Shown here: positions 1-8,008 of the stretch, piece after piece | Layout: each line of letters begins with the position of its first letter | How positions within the stretch are numbered: position 1 is the stretch's first letter | IMG/VR virus record: IMGVR_UViG_3300030419_006839 | Coordinates: 1-64,000 of that record | Source: a virus | Strand: one strand, 5' to 3' | Length of the DNA stretch: 64,000 nucleotides | Program-made: the position numbers and the translations under genes | Notes under the pieces: model-generated | The model's database searches: none | Told to the model about the DNA's origin: nothing | Seen by the model: the letters and a program-made list of their open reading frames with translations, nothing else

Positions 1-720
1 GGACAATCTTCTCACAAATACATACATAACATAGATTCAGAAACTTCGCTGGCTAGGTTGTCCAAAAAAGATGATTCTTCAATTGATAATGGTAATGTTA
101 AGATGTTTTTAGGTGATAAAGAAGTTAAGTCTGTAAAAAAAATAGGCAATGTTGCAGATTGGGATAAGATAGATGAGAAAATAAGAAAAAAATCTGGTTT
201 TAAAAACCCAATTCAAAAATTAGAAAACCTTGTTGGTGGTATAGTTAAAGATAAGGATGGGAATTGTATTCCTATGACAAATAAAAAATCTCAAGAAATA
301 GATAAAGAAGTAGAAGAAATACTAAAAACAGAAGAAGGAAAGAAAAAAATTGAAGAAATAAAAGATAATAATAAAAAGTTAAAAGATGATGATTCTGCAA
401 TTAAATATGCGAGAAGGTATTTTAGGACAACAATTTATCAAGGTAGGACGGAAATATCTGAAGGTAGACCTGTTGATTATCAAAATCAATCATTAGTTAA
501 TAGGGCAAAGGGAAAATCTTCCGCTAGTTTAGTTGAAATAGGGGTAGGTAATGATAAGATTTATGATATATGGATGAATGGAGATCCTCCACCATACAGA
601 ATGGGTTCTGATATGAGGTATATAAGTAATAAAGAAAATGCTTATACTTTCAATTTTAATAGAATAGTTTATAATAATCAAGGTGGTATAACACAAAGTA
701 GAGGGGTCGTGGCAGAATAA
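1..720 (+). CDS. C-terminal part of a protein truncated by the window edge; candidate toxin extension of a MuF/head morphogenesis protein
   Basis: Frame 1 is open from base 1 (GQSSHKYIH...), so the TTG at 58 is probably not the real start; Lys-rich; sits just upstream of the protease and is coupled (TAATG) to an immunity-like ORF. Confidence 0.45.
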   Translation, partial: GQSSHKYIHNIDSETSLARLSKKDDSSIDNGNVKMFLGDKEVKSVKKIGNVADWDKIDEKIRKKSGFKNPIQKLENLVGGIVKDKDGNCIPMTNKKSQEIDKEVEEILKTEEGKKKIEEIKDNNKKLKDDDSAIKYARRYFRTTIYQGRTEISEGRPVDYQNQSLVNRAKGKSSASLVEIGVGNDKIYDIWMNGDPPPYRMGSDMRYISNKENAYTFNFNRIVYNNQGGITQSRGVVAE

Positions 721-1136
721 TGTTAGATACCTACATAGATATTATTTTAGAGGAAGATTTATTTGTTTCTAGATTTAGTGAGAGATTGTTGGATAGTTTT
801 AAAGAGTATTTTAAGGTAAGGTTTGCAAAAGAATTACCTGAAGAAATAGCTGAAAATAGTTTACAGGTTGATGGTTTTTTTTATGATGATTTTTATAGTT
901 ATTCACTAACTGCACTTATTGGAGAAACAGAAGATTTAAATTTTGATGGAGATTTTTTGGTTTTTGGATATTTTTCTGGAGGATCTAATGGTTACGCAGT
1001 ATTTGACTATGAGACAGATGAATATTGTTTTTTAAAGGTGAATGGTGAAAAGGAAATAGGTTTTGATGATTTAGATGATTTTCTAGGTCATTATGTTTTT
1101 TATGACTTAGATGAAGAAATAGAAGAGGAGGAATAA
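720..1136 (+). CDS. Acidic SMI1/KNR4 (SUKH)-like putative immunity protein
   Basis: C-terminal FLVFGYFSGGSNGYAVFDYETDEYCFL...EIGFDDLDDFLGH resembles the SUKH core pattern; very Asp/Glu-rich; stop-start overlap with the upstream ORF. Confidence 0.5.
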   Translation: MLDTYIDIILEEDLFVSRFSERLLDSFKEYFKVRFAKELPEEIAENSLQVDGFFYDDFYSYSLTALIGETEDLNFDGDFLVFGYFSGGSNGYAVFDYETDEYCFLKVNGEKEIGFDDLDDFLGHYVFYDLDEEIEEEE

Positions 1137-1143
1137 AAATTTG

Positions 1144-1172
1144 TTGCAATTTAAAAAAGCATTATATATACT
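1144..1172 (+). promoter_or_regulatory. Sigma70-like promoter for the head operon
   Basis: TTGCAA-N17-TATACT, followed by GAGGTG RBS before ATG 1205. Confidence 0.55.
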
Positions 1173-1204
1173 ATATGGTGCGGATTGCGAAAGAGAGGTG
1201 AATT

Positions 1205-2611
1205 ATGGCTAAATTGATTGATCATTCTATACCATTTACTTTTGAAATGGCTTTGGATGGTTGTACTACAGAGAAAGACTTGTCTGAAGAGGATAAGAAG
1301 TCTACAAAATACCAATTAAAGGGTATTGCCACAGATAGTTTGCCAGATAAGCAAAATCAACGTTTTGCTAAAGGCTTTATTGACTCAATGGTAGAATCCG
1401 CTATTGGTATGACTTGTTTTTTCGAGCATAAGCGTGACCTTGATAACAGTATTGGTGTTTGTAAGGATGCAGTTATTGAGGGAGATGATTCAACGATGCA
1501 CGTTACTATAGACCTAGAAGACCCTAATGAAAACGATTTAGTTGCGAAGATAATTCGTAAAAGCGAACAAGGTGTTAAGATAGGTCTTAGTGTTAGTGGA
1601 GTTGTTACTAAATCTTCCATTGAAAAATCAATGGATGAAGATGGAAAAGATAAAAAGGAAAGTTCTGGTATTCAAATTCTAGAAGAAGGTCGGCTAGATG
1701 AGATTTCAGCAGTCGGACTTCCTTGCAATCCTAGAGGATGGGCAAGCGTAATCATGAAATCATTCAAACAGGGGGTAAATGAAATGTCGGATGTACAAGA
1801 ATTTGCAAAAGAAACTTGGGATAAACTATCCGAAGAAGAAAAGAAAAAAGCCTACGATCTTCTAGTCGGTCAAGCTGAGAAATCAGTAGATGATGTTGAA
1901 GAAGAAGAAGGTGAAGAAACAGAAAAGGCTGAAGGTGATGATATGATCTCCATTAGTCAAGAAATCGTATCAGGTGTTGCTGGTGCTATTAGTGCTGCTA
2001 TGGCTGGACTTGAAGAAGCTATGGGTGGACTCAAAGAGTTTATTCAAGAAGGTGCTGAAGAAGAAGAAAAGCGTCAAGCCAGTGTTGAAAATTCACTTGG
2101 TAAGATTGTAGAAAGGATTGAAACTCTTGAAAAAAGTCAATACGATAGAATGGAAAACATTCTTCGTACTCAAGCTGATCGTACAGAATCAACCTTAAGA
2201 ACTCACTTAGAAAATGCAGTAAGGTCTACTCACGATAGAACTGAAGATTTAGTTAAATCACAAACTAATGGTCTAAAAGACAGATTGGAAGAAATTGAAA
2301 AGTCTTTTACTGTTTTTGATAGTGATGAATTTAAAGGTTCTGTACAAACTGCTGTAGAAGAAGCCTTAGTGAAATCTCAAGGAAATCCTGGTGTAAGTCG
2401 AAAATCTCAAGGAAATCAAGATTTCAACAATGTCGAAAAGAAACAAGAAGTTAAAGATCGTATTCAGAAAGATGAAGATGGTCAAGTTGTAGTAGATTTT
2501 GGTAGTATTGATCCATTAAGTCTATCTAAATCAGAAATGGGTAAGTTGGAAAAATCACAAAGACTACAAGCACTTAACGCAGGTATTGCCCGTATGATGG
2601 GTAAAGCCTAA
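1205..2611 (+). CDS. HK97-family prohead protease fused to a C-terminal coiled-coil scaffold region
   Basis: LKGIAT...DKQNQRF, FFEH (catalytic His), GLSVSG (catalytic Ser), LDEISAVGLPCNP; acidic coiled-coil C-half; directly upstream of the capsid gene. Confidence 0.9.
   Translation: MAKLIDHSIPFTFEMALDGCTTEKDLSEEDKKSTKYQLKGIATDSLPDKQNQRFAKGFIDSMVESAIGMTCFFEHKRDLDNSIGVCKDAVIEGDDSTMHVTIDLEDPNENDLVAKIIRKSEQGVKIGLSVSGVVTKSSIEKSMDEDGKDKKESSGIQILEEGRLDEISAVGLPCNPRGWASVIMKSFKQGVNEMSDVQEFAKETWDKLSEEEKKKAYDLLVGQAEKSVDDVEEEEGEETEKAEGDDMISISQEIVSGVAGAISAAMAGLEEAMGGLKEFIQEGAEEEEKRQASVENSLGKIVERIETLEKSQYDRMENILRTQADRTESTLRTHLENAVRSTHDRTEDLVKSQTNGLKDRLEEIEKSFTVFDSDEFKGSVQTAVEEALVKSQGNPGVSRKSQGNQDFNNVEKKQEVKDRIQKDEDGQVVVDFGSIDPLSLSKSEMGKLEKSQRLQALNAGIARMMGKA
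1784..2611 (+). CDS. Possible nested scaffolding protein from an internal start in the protease gene
   Basis: In-frame ATG (MSDVQEF) preceded by AGGGGG at 8 nt, exactly where the protease domain ends. Confidence 0.4.
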   Translation: MSDVQEFAKETWDKLSEEEKKKAYDLLVGQAEKSVDDVEEEEGEETEKAEGDDMISISQEIVSGVAGAISAAMAGLEEAMGGLKEFIQEGAEEEEKRQASVENSLGKIVERIETLEKSQYDRMENILRTQADRTESTLRTHLENAVRSTHDRTEDLVKSQTNGLKDRLEEIEKSFTVFDSDEFKGSVQTAVEEALVKSQGNPGVSRKSQGNQDFNNVEKKQEVKDRIQKDEDGQVVVDFGSIDPLSLSKSEMGKLEKSQRLQALNAGIARMMGKA

Positions 2612-2637
2612 ACAAATATAATTGGAGGTAAATTAAA

Positions 2638-3864
2638 ATGAGTGAAGTAACTGAAGTTTTCTCAAAAGCGGATACTACTGGTGCTGGTAGTCCTTCTGCA
2701 CCATCTGCTGCTAGTTCAGCAGGTAACATGGGGAATTTTATTCCTCGTCCACTACTGGAAGAATTTGTAGGTTTATTACGGGAACGTAGTTTTGTTCGTA
2801 GTTTATTTAAAACCAGAACAATGCCTAGTAAAACTGTTGACATTCCAACAATTGCTGCTGGTACTAAGGTATATTATCAAGGTACTGAAGCTGCTGCTGC
2901 TACACAAACAGATTTAAAATCTGGTATTGTATCTCTTGAAGCTAAAAAATTGATGGCAAGAGTTCGCACTTCTAATGAATTGTATGAAGATGCTAATCAA
3001 GACATGCAATCTATAATTGTTCAAGATTTTGCTGAAGCTATTGCTGGTGCTGAAGAAAAGGCTTTCTTAGTAGGTCGTTCTTCTGCTGCTGTGACAAGTA
3101 ATTCTGTCGCTAACAATCATGCAAGTGATACTATCCTAGAAGCTATTGCTAAAACTACAAACGTATGGAAAGGTGGTAATGGTAATATTAGTGATGGTTG
3201 GGAGTCTGCGGTAGCTTATGTTATGGCAACTACTCCAGAGGTTATTTGTGATGGTATAGCTACTCAGGGTATCTCTAATGGTGCTTTGTATTTTGGTGCT
3301 GAAGGTGATAGTTTTTATGGTGCTAGAGCTTTACAAATTATTCGTGAAGCAATTAACAAACTTGGCTTGCTTGGTCGAAACAAGCAAGATTTAGCCTTAG
3401 TTCTAAATCCAGTTTCTGCTAACCAACTTCTTCAAAGTGAGCAATTACTAACTCTAGACAAGTATGGAAGTAATGCTACTATACTAACTGGTGAAGTAGG
3501 TCAGCTTTTTGGTGTTAGGATTTTTGAATCAGTACATATGCCATCTGGTGGTGCTGGTCAAACTGCAGTAGATGCAACATCAGTAACTGCTAACGATGTC
3601 TATACTTATGCAAATTCTGATGGTAATGAGTATGGTGCTGGTGGTACTGCAGCATTAGTTCATGTCCCAAGTGCTATTATTGGAGATCGTAGATTGGTTT
3701 CCATTAAAACAGATGAGAAGATTGAAAATGATGCTGTTGATACTGTCATTACAAGTCGTGTGGCTTTCAATATGGAAAGATCAGGTGCTGCCGTACTTAT
3801 TGGTAACCTAGATAGTTCTATTAATACAGCTAGTGGTGAAGGTCTAGGTGCTTTAGCATCATAG
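2638..3864 (+). CDS. Major capsid protein (HK97 fold)
   Basis: GNFIPRPLLEEFV, LEAKKLMARVRTSNELYEDA, AEAIAGAEEKAFLVG, GQLFGVRIFES; GGAGG RBS. Confidence 0.93.
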   Translation: MSEVTEVFSKADTTGAGSPSAPSAASSAGNMGNFIPRPLLEEFVGLLRERSFVRSLFKTRTMPSKTVDIPTIAAGTKVYYQGTEAAAATQTDLKSGIVSLEAKKLMARVRTSNELYEDANQDMQSIIVQDFAEAIAGAEEKAFLVGRSSAAVTSNSVANNHASDTILEAIAKTTNVWKGGNGNISDGWESAVAYVMATTPEVICDGIATQGISNGALYFGAEGDSFYGARALQIIREAINKLGLLGRNKQDLALVLNPVSANQLLQSEQLLTLDKYGSNATILTGEVGQLFGVRIFESVHMPSGGAGQTAVDATSVTANDVYTYANSDGNEYGAGGTAALVHVPSAIIGDRRLVSIKTDEKIENDAVDTVITSRVAFNMERSGAAVLIGNLDSSINTASGEGLGALAS

Positions 3865-3871
3865 GTTTAAT

Positions 3872-4501
3872 ATGGCTTATACAACTGCTGCTAAAGTCGT
3901 TGCATTAAGTAATAGTAGGTTGTCTGTTTCCGACATTCAGTCAGATTGGTTGACATGGAATGCTTCGGAAATAGACAGTCTTCTTAATGTTACTGACGAT
4001 TTTTTTAACAGTGTGACGAGTGAGGTTCTGTATATTATTACAGAACCTTATTCTAAAGAACTTATATTGAGATCCCCTATTGTGTCTGTAACCTCAATAA
4101 AGGAGGATGACAATGAGATGTTGGGGTCTACTTCATCCACAGCAACAACACTAACAGTAAATACAAATTATCACTTAACTCCAACAGGAATTTATAGAAT
4201 GGAGCAACAATATTGGCAGAAATATGTTGAAGTATCTTATAGTTGGGGGTATTCCTCAACTCCCAGAGACATCGAGTTACTCTCCACTATGATGTTATTA
4301 GATTTTGCTCTAGGTACAAAACAAGACTCAACTAAGGCTCAAGAATCAATTGGTAGCTATAGTTACCAAACAACAAAAAACGAATCCACATCACATTTTG
4401 GTGATCAAATAGGTAGAAACCTAAAGGCGTTAAGAACAAAATATAGTCCTCCCATAATTGCGACTACTCAAATGATAAGTTCACGAAAAGTTATAACATA
4501 G
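3872..4501 (+). CDS. Head-tail adaptor (SPP1 gp15/HK97 gp6-like)
   Basis: MAYTTAAKV start, PIVSVTSI, VEVSYSWGY..TPRDI, QESIGSYSY; position after capsid. Confidence 0.75.
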   Translation: MAYTTAAKVVALSNSRLSVSDIQSDWLTWNASEIDSLLNVTDDFFNSVTSEVLYIITEPYSKELILRSPIVSVTSIKEDDNEMLGSTSSTATTLTVNTNYHLTPTGIYRMEQQYWQKYVEVSYSWGYSSTPRDIELLSTMMLLDFALGTKQDSTKAQESIGSYSYQTTKNESTSHFGDQIGRNLKALRTKYSPPIIATTQMISSRKVIT

Positions 4502-4507
4502 TTAGTC

Positions 4508-4912
4508 ATGGCTTTTAATGATCTATTAATACATACCTTTAAGGCTTACACAATAGACAATAGTACGAGAGACATCTATAACAATCCCGTACCTAAGAAA
4601 ACTGCGGTTTCAGGTATGGAGAGTGTTAAGTGTAGGATTGATGTGCATAGGAAGCAAAAAACTAGTGGTAGTTTCAGAGATGAGACAGATTTAATAGAGA
4701 ATATGGAAGCTACTTTGTATGTAACTGGATCATGGAACCCTCAAAATTCAAATTATTTAATACAGTTTTTTCATGATTATACAAACTATCCCAGTGATTT
4801 TACTTATTTTCTAATAAGAGATTTACAGATATTTTATGGTAGTACAAATACATCTGTTCATCATTACGAATTAATTATAACACCATACACACAAAATATA
4901 AGTGATTCATAA
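4508..4912 (+). CDS. Head closure/stopper protein
   Basis: Size and position; RDIYNNP, VKCRID, HHYEL motifs typical of head-closure proteins. Confidence 0.6.
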   Translation: MAFNDLLIHTFKAYTIDNSTRDIYNNPVPKKTAVSGMESVKCRIDVHRKQKTSGSFRDETDLIENMEATLYVTGSWNPQNSNYLIQFFHDYTNYPSDFTYFLIRDLQIFYGSTNTSVHHYELIITPYTQNISDS

Positions 4913-5370
4913 TGGCTTTAATAGATCCTATTCAAAACATAATAACATACCTTAAAGCATCCAATGGGGGTAGTAATGATGTATATACCCCTACAGCGAA
5001 CAAGATCTTCTCTCCTGACCTTGAAATTTGGAATAGGTCTAATACCACTGAATTGGCAATAACTCTCGTTAGAGGCGATTCTGGTGATGGTAAAAGCATG
5101 TTGGATCAAACTATGGAGTCGGTTTTTAATTTTACCATTTGGGCAAATGAGCCAAATCAACTTTACGATTTGTGGAAGAAGTTGGATGGATTAATGGATG
5201 ATAAACATGATGTTGATTTTGGAAGCATGAGGGTTATGCATTCACACAGGGATTCAGAACCAAAAACATCTTTTAGTTTTACCTCATCCTCTTTTTCTGA
5301 TGCTAAAAGGATGAGGTTGTCAACTTTGGAAATTCAATATAAGTTACTATTGTGGGAACATGATTCATAA
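4912..5370 (+). CDS. Tail terminator/completion-like protein
   Basis: Position after stopper; IITYLKA...KIFSPDL...FNFTIWA pattern. Confidence 0.5.
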   Translation: MALIDPIQNIITYLKASNGGSNDVYTPTANKIFSPDLEIWNRSNTTELAITLVRGDSGDGKSMLDQTMESVFNFTIWANEPNQLYDLWKKLDGLMDDKHDVDFGSMRVMHSHRDSEPKTSFSFTSSSFSDAKRMRLSTLEIQYKLLLWEHDS

Positions 5371-6285
5371 TCTTAGCTTATTCTGTAGTCTTTTTATGAA
5401 GTAATCCTCCTTTGGTTTAATCATATCTTTTAAGTCTTTCTTATTGTTATATGCTTTTATGGTGTCTTCTTTAGACATGTCTGCAGGGTCTAATCCCCAA
5501 TTGCAAACCATAAAATTAATTTCAAATAGCCTGTTATATTTTTCTGAGAATGATTGTATTAGTTTTAATCCACCATCATCTCCGTCTGCATATAGTATTA
5601 TTCTTTTAACACCACTACTTAGAAGTTTTTTTATTTGTTCAAATCCTGGAGATATTCCAAAAACACATATTGAATTTTTAAAACCATAATCCCATAGTTT
5701 CATTACATCAAAAACTCCTTCTACAACAATTACTTCCTCTCCTATTTCTCCAAATATGTACTTTGACTTTTTCATTCCAGATGGGAATAAATATTTTCTT
5801 GAAGCCAAATCTGTATAGTCTCTAGCAACAAAGGACTTCTTATCCTCAAAGTAAACTGGGAATATTATTCTTTTATCAAACTTAGACTTAGTATTGTTAC
5901 ACAAATGAAGATCAAAATTAGTAACACACTCAAAACTTATTCTGTTTAATAAGTAGGTTGGACATTCATTTTTATAGTTTATCCTAACAAAATCAGAAGA
6001 AAAGAAATCAGCATCTTCTTCTTGTTGTTCTGTTGTAGTCATTTCTTTTAATTTTCTTTGTAAATCATCAACACCATAGGAGTATTCAAGTCCATCCTCA
6101 CCTAGTTTCTCAATAAGGCTATCTAGAGTTTCACCTCCACAGACAAAACAATTAAAAACACCTTTAGATTTACTAAAAGATGAGGATGGGTTGTCATCTT
6201 CATGAAACGGACAGAAACACCTAATTTCACTATCCGTTTCACTATGTACTCTAATTCCTAGTTTTTCTAAGAATTCTGTTGTCAT
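5365..6285 (-). CDS. dnaG: DNA primase (CHC2 zinc finger + TOPRIM)
   Basis: CFCPFHEDDNPS...CFVC; RIIFPV; VVEGVFD; YADGDDGG; DPAD. Confidence 0.92.
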   Translation of the reverse strand: MTTEFLEKLGIRVHSETDSEIRCFCPFHEDDNPSSSFSKSKGVFNCFVCGGETLDSLIEKLGEDGLEYSYGVDDLQRKLKEMTTTEQQEEDADFFSSDFVRINYKNECPTYLLNRISFECVTNFDLHLCNNTKSKFDKRIIFPVYFEDKKSFVARDYTDLASRKYLFPSGMKKSKYIFGEIGEEVIVVEGVFDVMKLWDYGFKNSICVFGISPGFEQIKKLLSSGVKRIILYADGDDGGLKLIQSFSEKYNRLFEINFMVCNWGLDPADMSKEDTIKAYNNKKDLKDMIKPKEDYFIKRLQNKLRL

Positions 6286-7808
6286 GATGCTTCCTTAAAT
6301 CGACTAAATTCTTTTTCCATCCTTTCCATTTCTTCTATTTCGTCATAGTTACTAAGTAACATTTTATCAGCTTCAAATTTAGCAAATATTGGATTTCTCA
6401 TAGCTAAATCAGGGTTGTCTCCTTCTGCTCCTTCTTCAAAATCAACTATCAATTGCTTTTCTTCTTCAGAAATATCAACTTTATGGTGTCTTAATTTAGT
6501 AAACCAAAACCTAACTCTCTCATAGTATATATCTTCAACCGTTCTTTTCCAGTTTAATCCAACATCAATATGATCCCTAATAGCTTTTGCATATTTGTAT
6601 TCTCCATCGTTATAGCTTTGAACTGGAGTTATCATAACAACATCTAATTCTCTAGCTAGTGCTTTCAATCTTAAATATAGGTTTGAGTATGTATTCCAAG
6701 ATTGCTCACCTCTAACTACTTCTTCCATAATTCCAGCATAGTCTATTATTATTACATCACAACCTCTTGTTTCTTTAACTCTTAACATTTTGTTTCTAAT
6801 TACTTCTGTAGAACAACCTGTAGGTATGTCTATTGAATAGAATGTGTTTTCTCTTTTTTTAAAGTTGTTTTCTTCAAAGAAGTATTTATCCATTTCATAT
6901 TGATCAAAGTTTATTAATTTTTTACCTATTTTAGACAGTACGATACTAGCTTCGTCTCTATGTTCTTTAGATATAGATTGAAGTAGAACGTTTTGCCTTA
7001 CTTTTAGTATTTCTATTTCTGTTAGTTTTCTATTTTGTATTTTAGAAGCAGAAACACCAGACATCCTAGAGTGTAATCTAGCTAGGAATTCTGACTCTGA
7101 CATCTCTATATTTATGTAAGCTACATTTAATCCTTTTATGAAGGCATTGTATCCAAAATTCATAGATACTATTGATTTACCTCCAGCAGTACCACAACCC
7201 AAAGCTACTAGATTGGGTTTTTTAAACCCACCATTCATTATTTCGTCTATTCTATCAATGCCTGTTGGTATTATTTCTTCTTGTTCAAATGCTTTTGAGT
7301 ATCTATCTAGAGAGTAGGTAGCAAACTCTGAAATATCATAATCTACAATCTTAGATTTAGATGCAGAATGTCTTATTTTAGATATTGCTTCTTCCATTGT
7401 TTCTAATGCTTTAGTAGCATCATTATTGTTGTTTGCAATTATGTCAGTAGCTTCAGACATCTTACTTGCCAATCTAGATCCAATAAAGTTTTTTTCTACG
7501 TTTTCCTTACATGTTGTATATTCTACATCGTGTAATTCGTTTTTGTAGTTTTTTAATGATTGATATAATAGAAATGTTTCTTCATGTTCATATTCTATTT
7601 TTTCAATTTCAACCTTTACTATATCATCTTCTGGAATTCTTCCAGAGGTTAAAAAATAATTACTCAATACTTTAAATATTGATTTGTGTTTTGGGTCAAA
7701 CAACCATTGTGATTCAACATCACTAATCATCCTTCTCAAATAATCTTCTTTGGTTGCATATCTTATTAGTATGTGTTCAACATCCGATGGTCTGTTTTTC
7801 ATTTTCAT
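6282..7808 (-). CDS. dnaB: Replicative DnaB-like (SF4) helicase
   Basis: IPTGIDRIDEIMNGG, Walker A GCGTAGGKS, YINIEMS, IIIDYAGIM, LKALARELDVVMITPVQ; ATGA overlap with primase. Confidence 0.92.
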   Translation of the reverse strand: MKMKNRPSDVEHILIRYATKEDYLRRMISDVESQWLFDPKHKSIFKVLSNYFLTSGRIPEDDIVKVEIEKIEYEHEETFLLYQSLKNYKNELHDVEYTTCKENVEKNFIGSRLASKMSEATDIIANNNNDATKALETMEEAISKIRHSASKSKIVDYDISEFATYSLDRYSKAFEQEEIIPTGIDRIDEIMNGGFKKPNLVALGCGTAGGKSIVSMNFGYNAFIKGLNVAYINIEMSESEFLARLHSRMSGVSASKIQNRKLTEIEILKVRQNVLLQSISKEHRDEASIVLSKIGKKLINFDQYEMDKYFFEENNFKKRENTFYSIDIPTGCSTEVIRNKMLRVKETRGCDVIIIDYAGIMEEVVRGEQSWNTYSNLYLRLKALARELDVVMITPVQSYNDGEYKYAKAIRDHIDVGLNWKRTVEDIYYERVRFWFTKLRHHKVDISEEEKQLIVDFEEGAEGDNPDLAMRNPIFAKFEADKMLLSNYDEIEEMERMEKEFSRFKEAS

Positions 7809-7816
7809 TTACTTTA

Positions 7817-7944
7817 ACTCCTTAGTTACTATCAGTTATTATATAACGTGTTTTTTACCTTTTATTTACTAGTTTCTCTATAATTATCGACAAAAACTTA
7901 CTAACTTTAGTAAAAATAACATGTATTTTTTAGTTATATATAAG
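7817..7944. promoter_or_regulatory. Back-to-back promoters for helicase (-) and RNR (+) sharing a TAGTAAA-N17/18-GTTATATA motif
   Basis: Minus strand CTAGTAAA-N17-GTTATATAAT (7872 to 7838); plus strand TAGTAAA (7908)-N18-GTTATATA (7933); same motif upstream of dnaE. Confidence 0.6.
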
Positions 7945-8008
7945 ACAAAAAACAATGAAAAATTTTTTATTCTATGTTAAAATTTAAAACTATTTAGAGG
8001 AAGGTTGC

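Noticed and set aside
7809-8008. Replication origin in the AT-rich divergent gap
   Set aside because: No iterons or clear structure beyond the promoter motifs; cannot be supported
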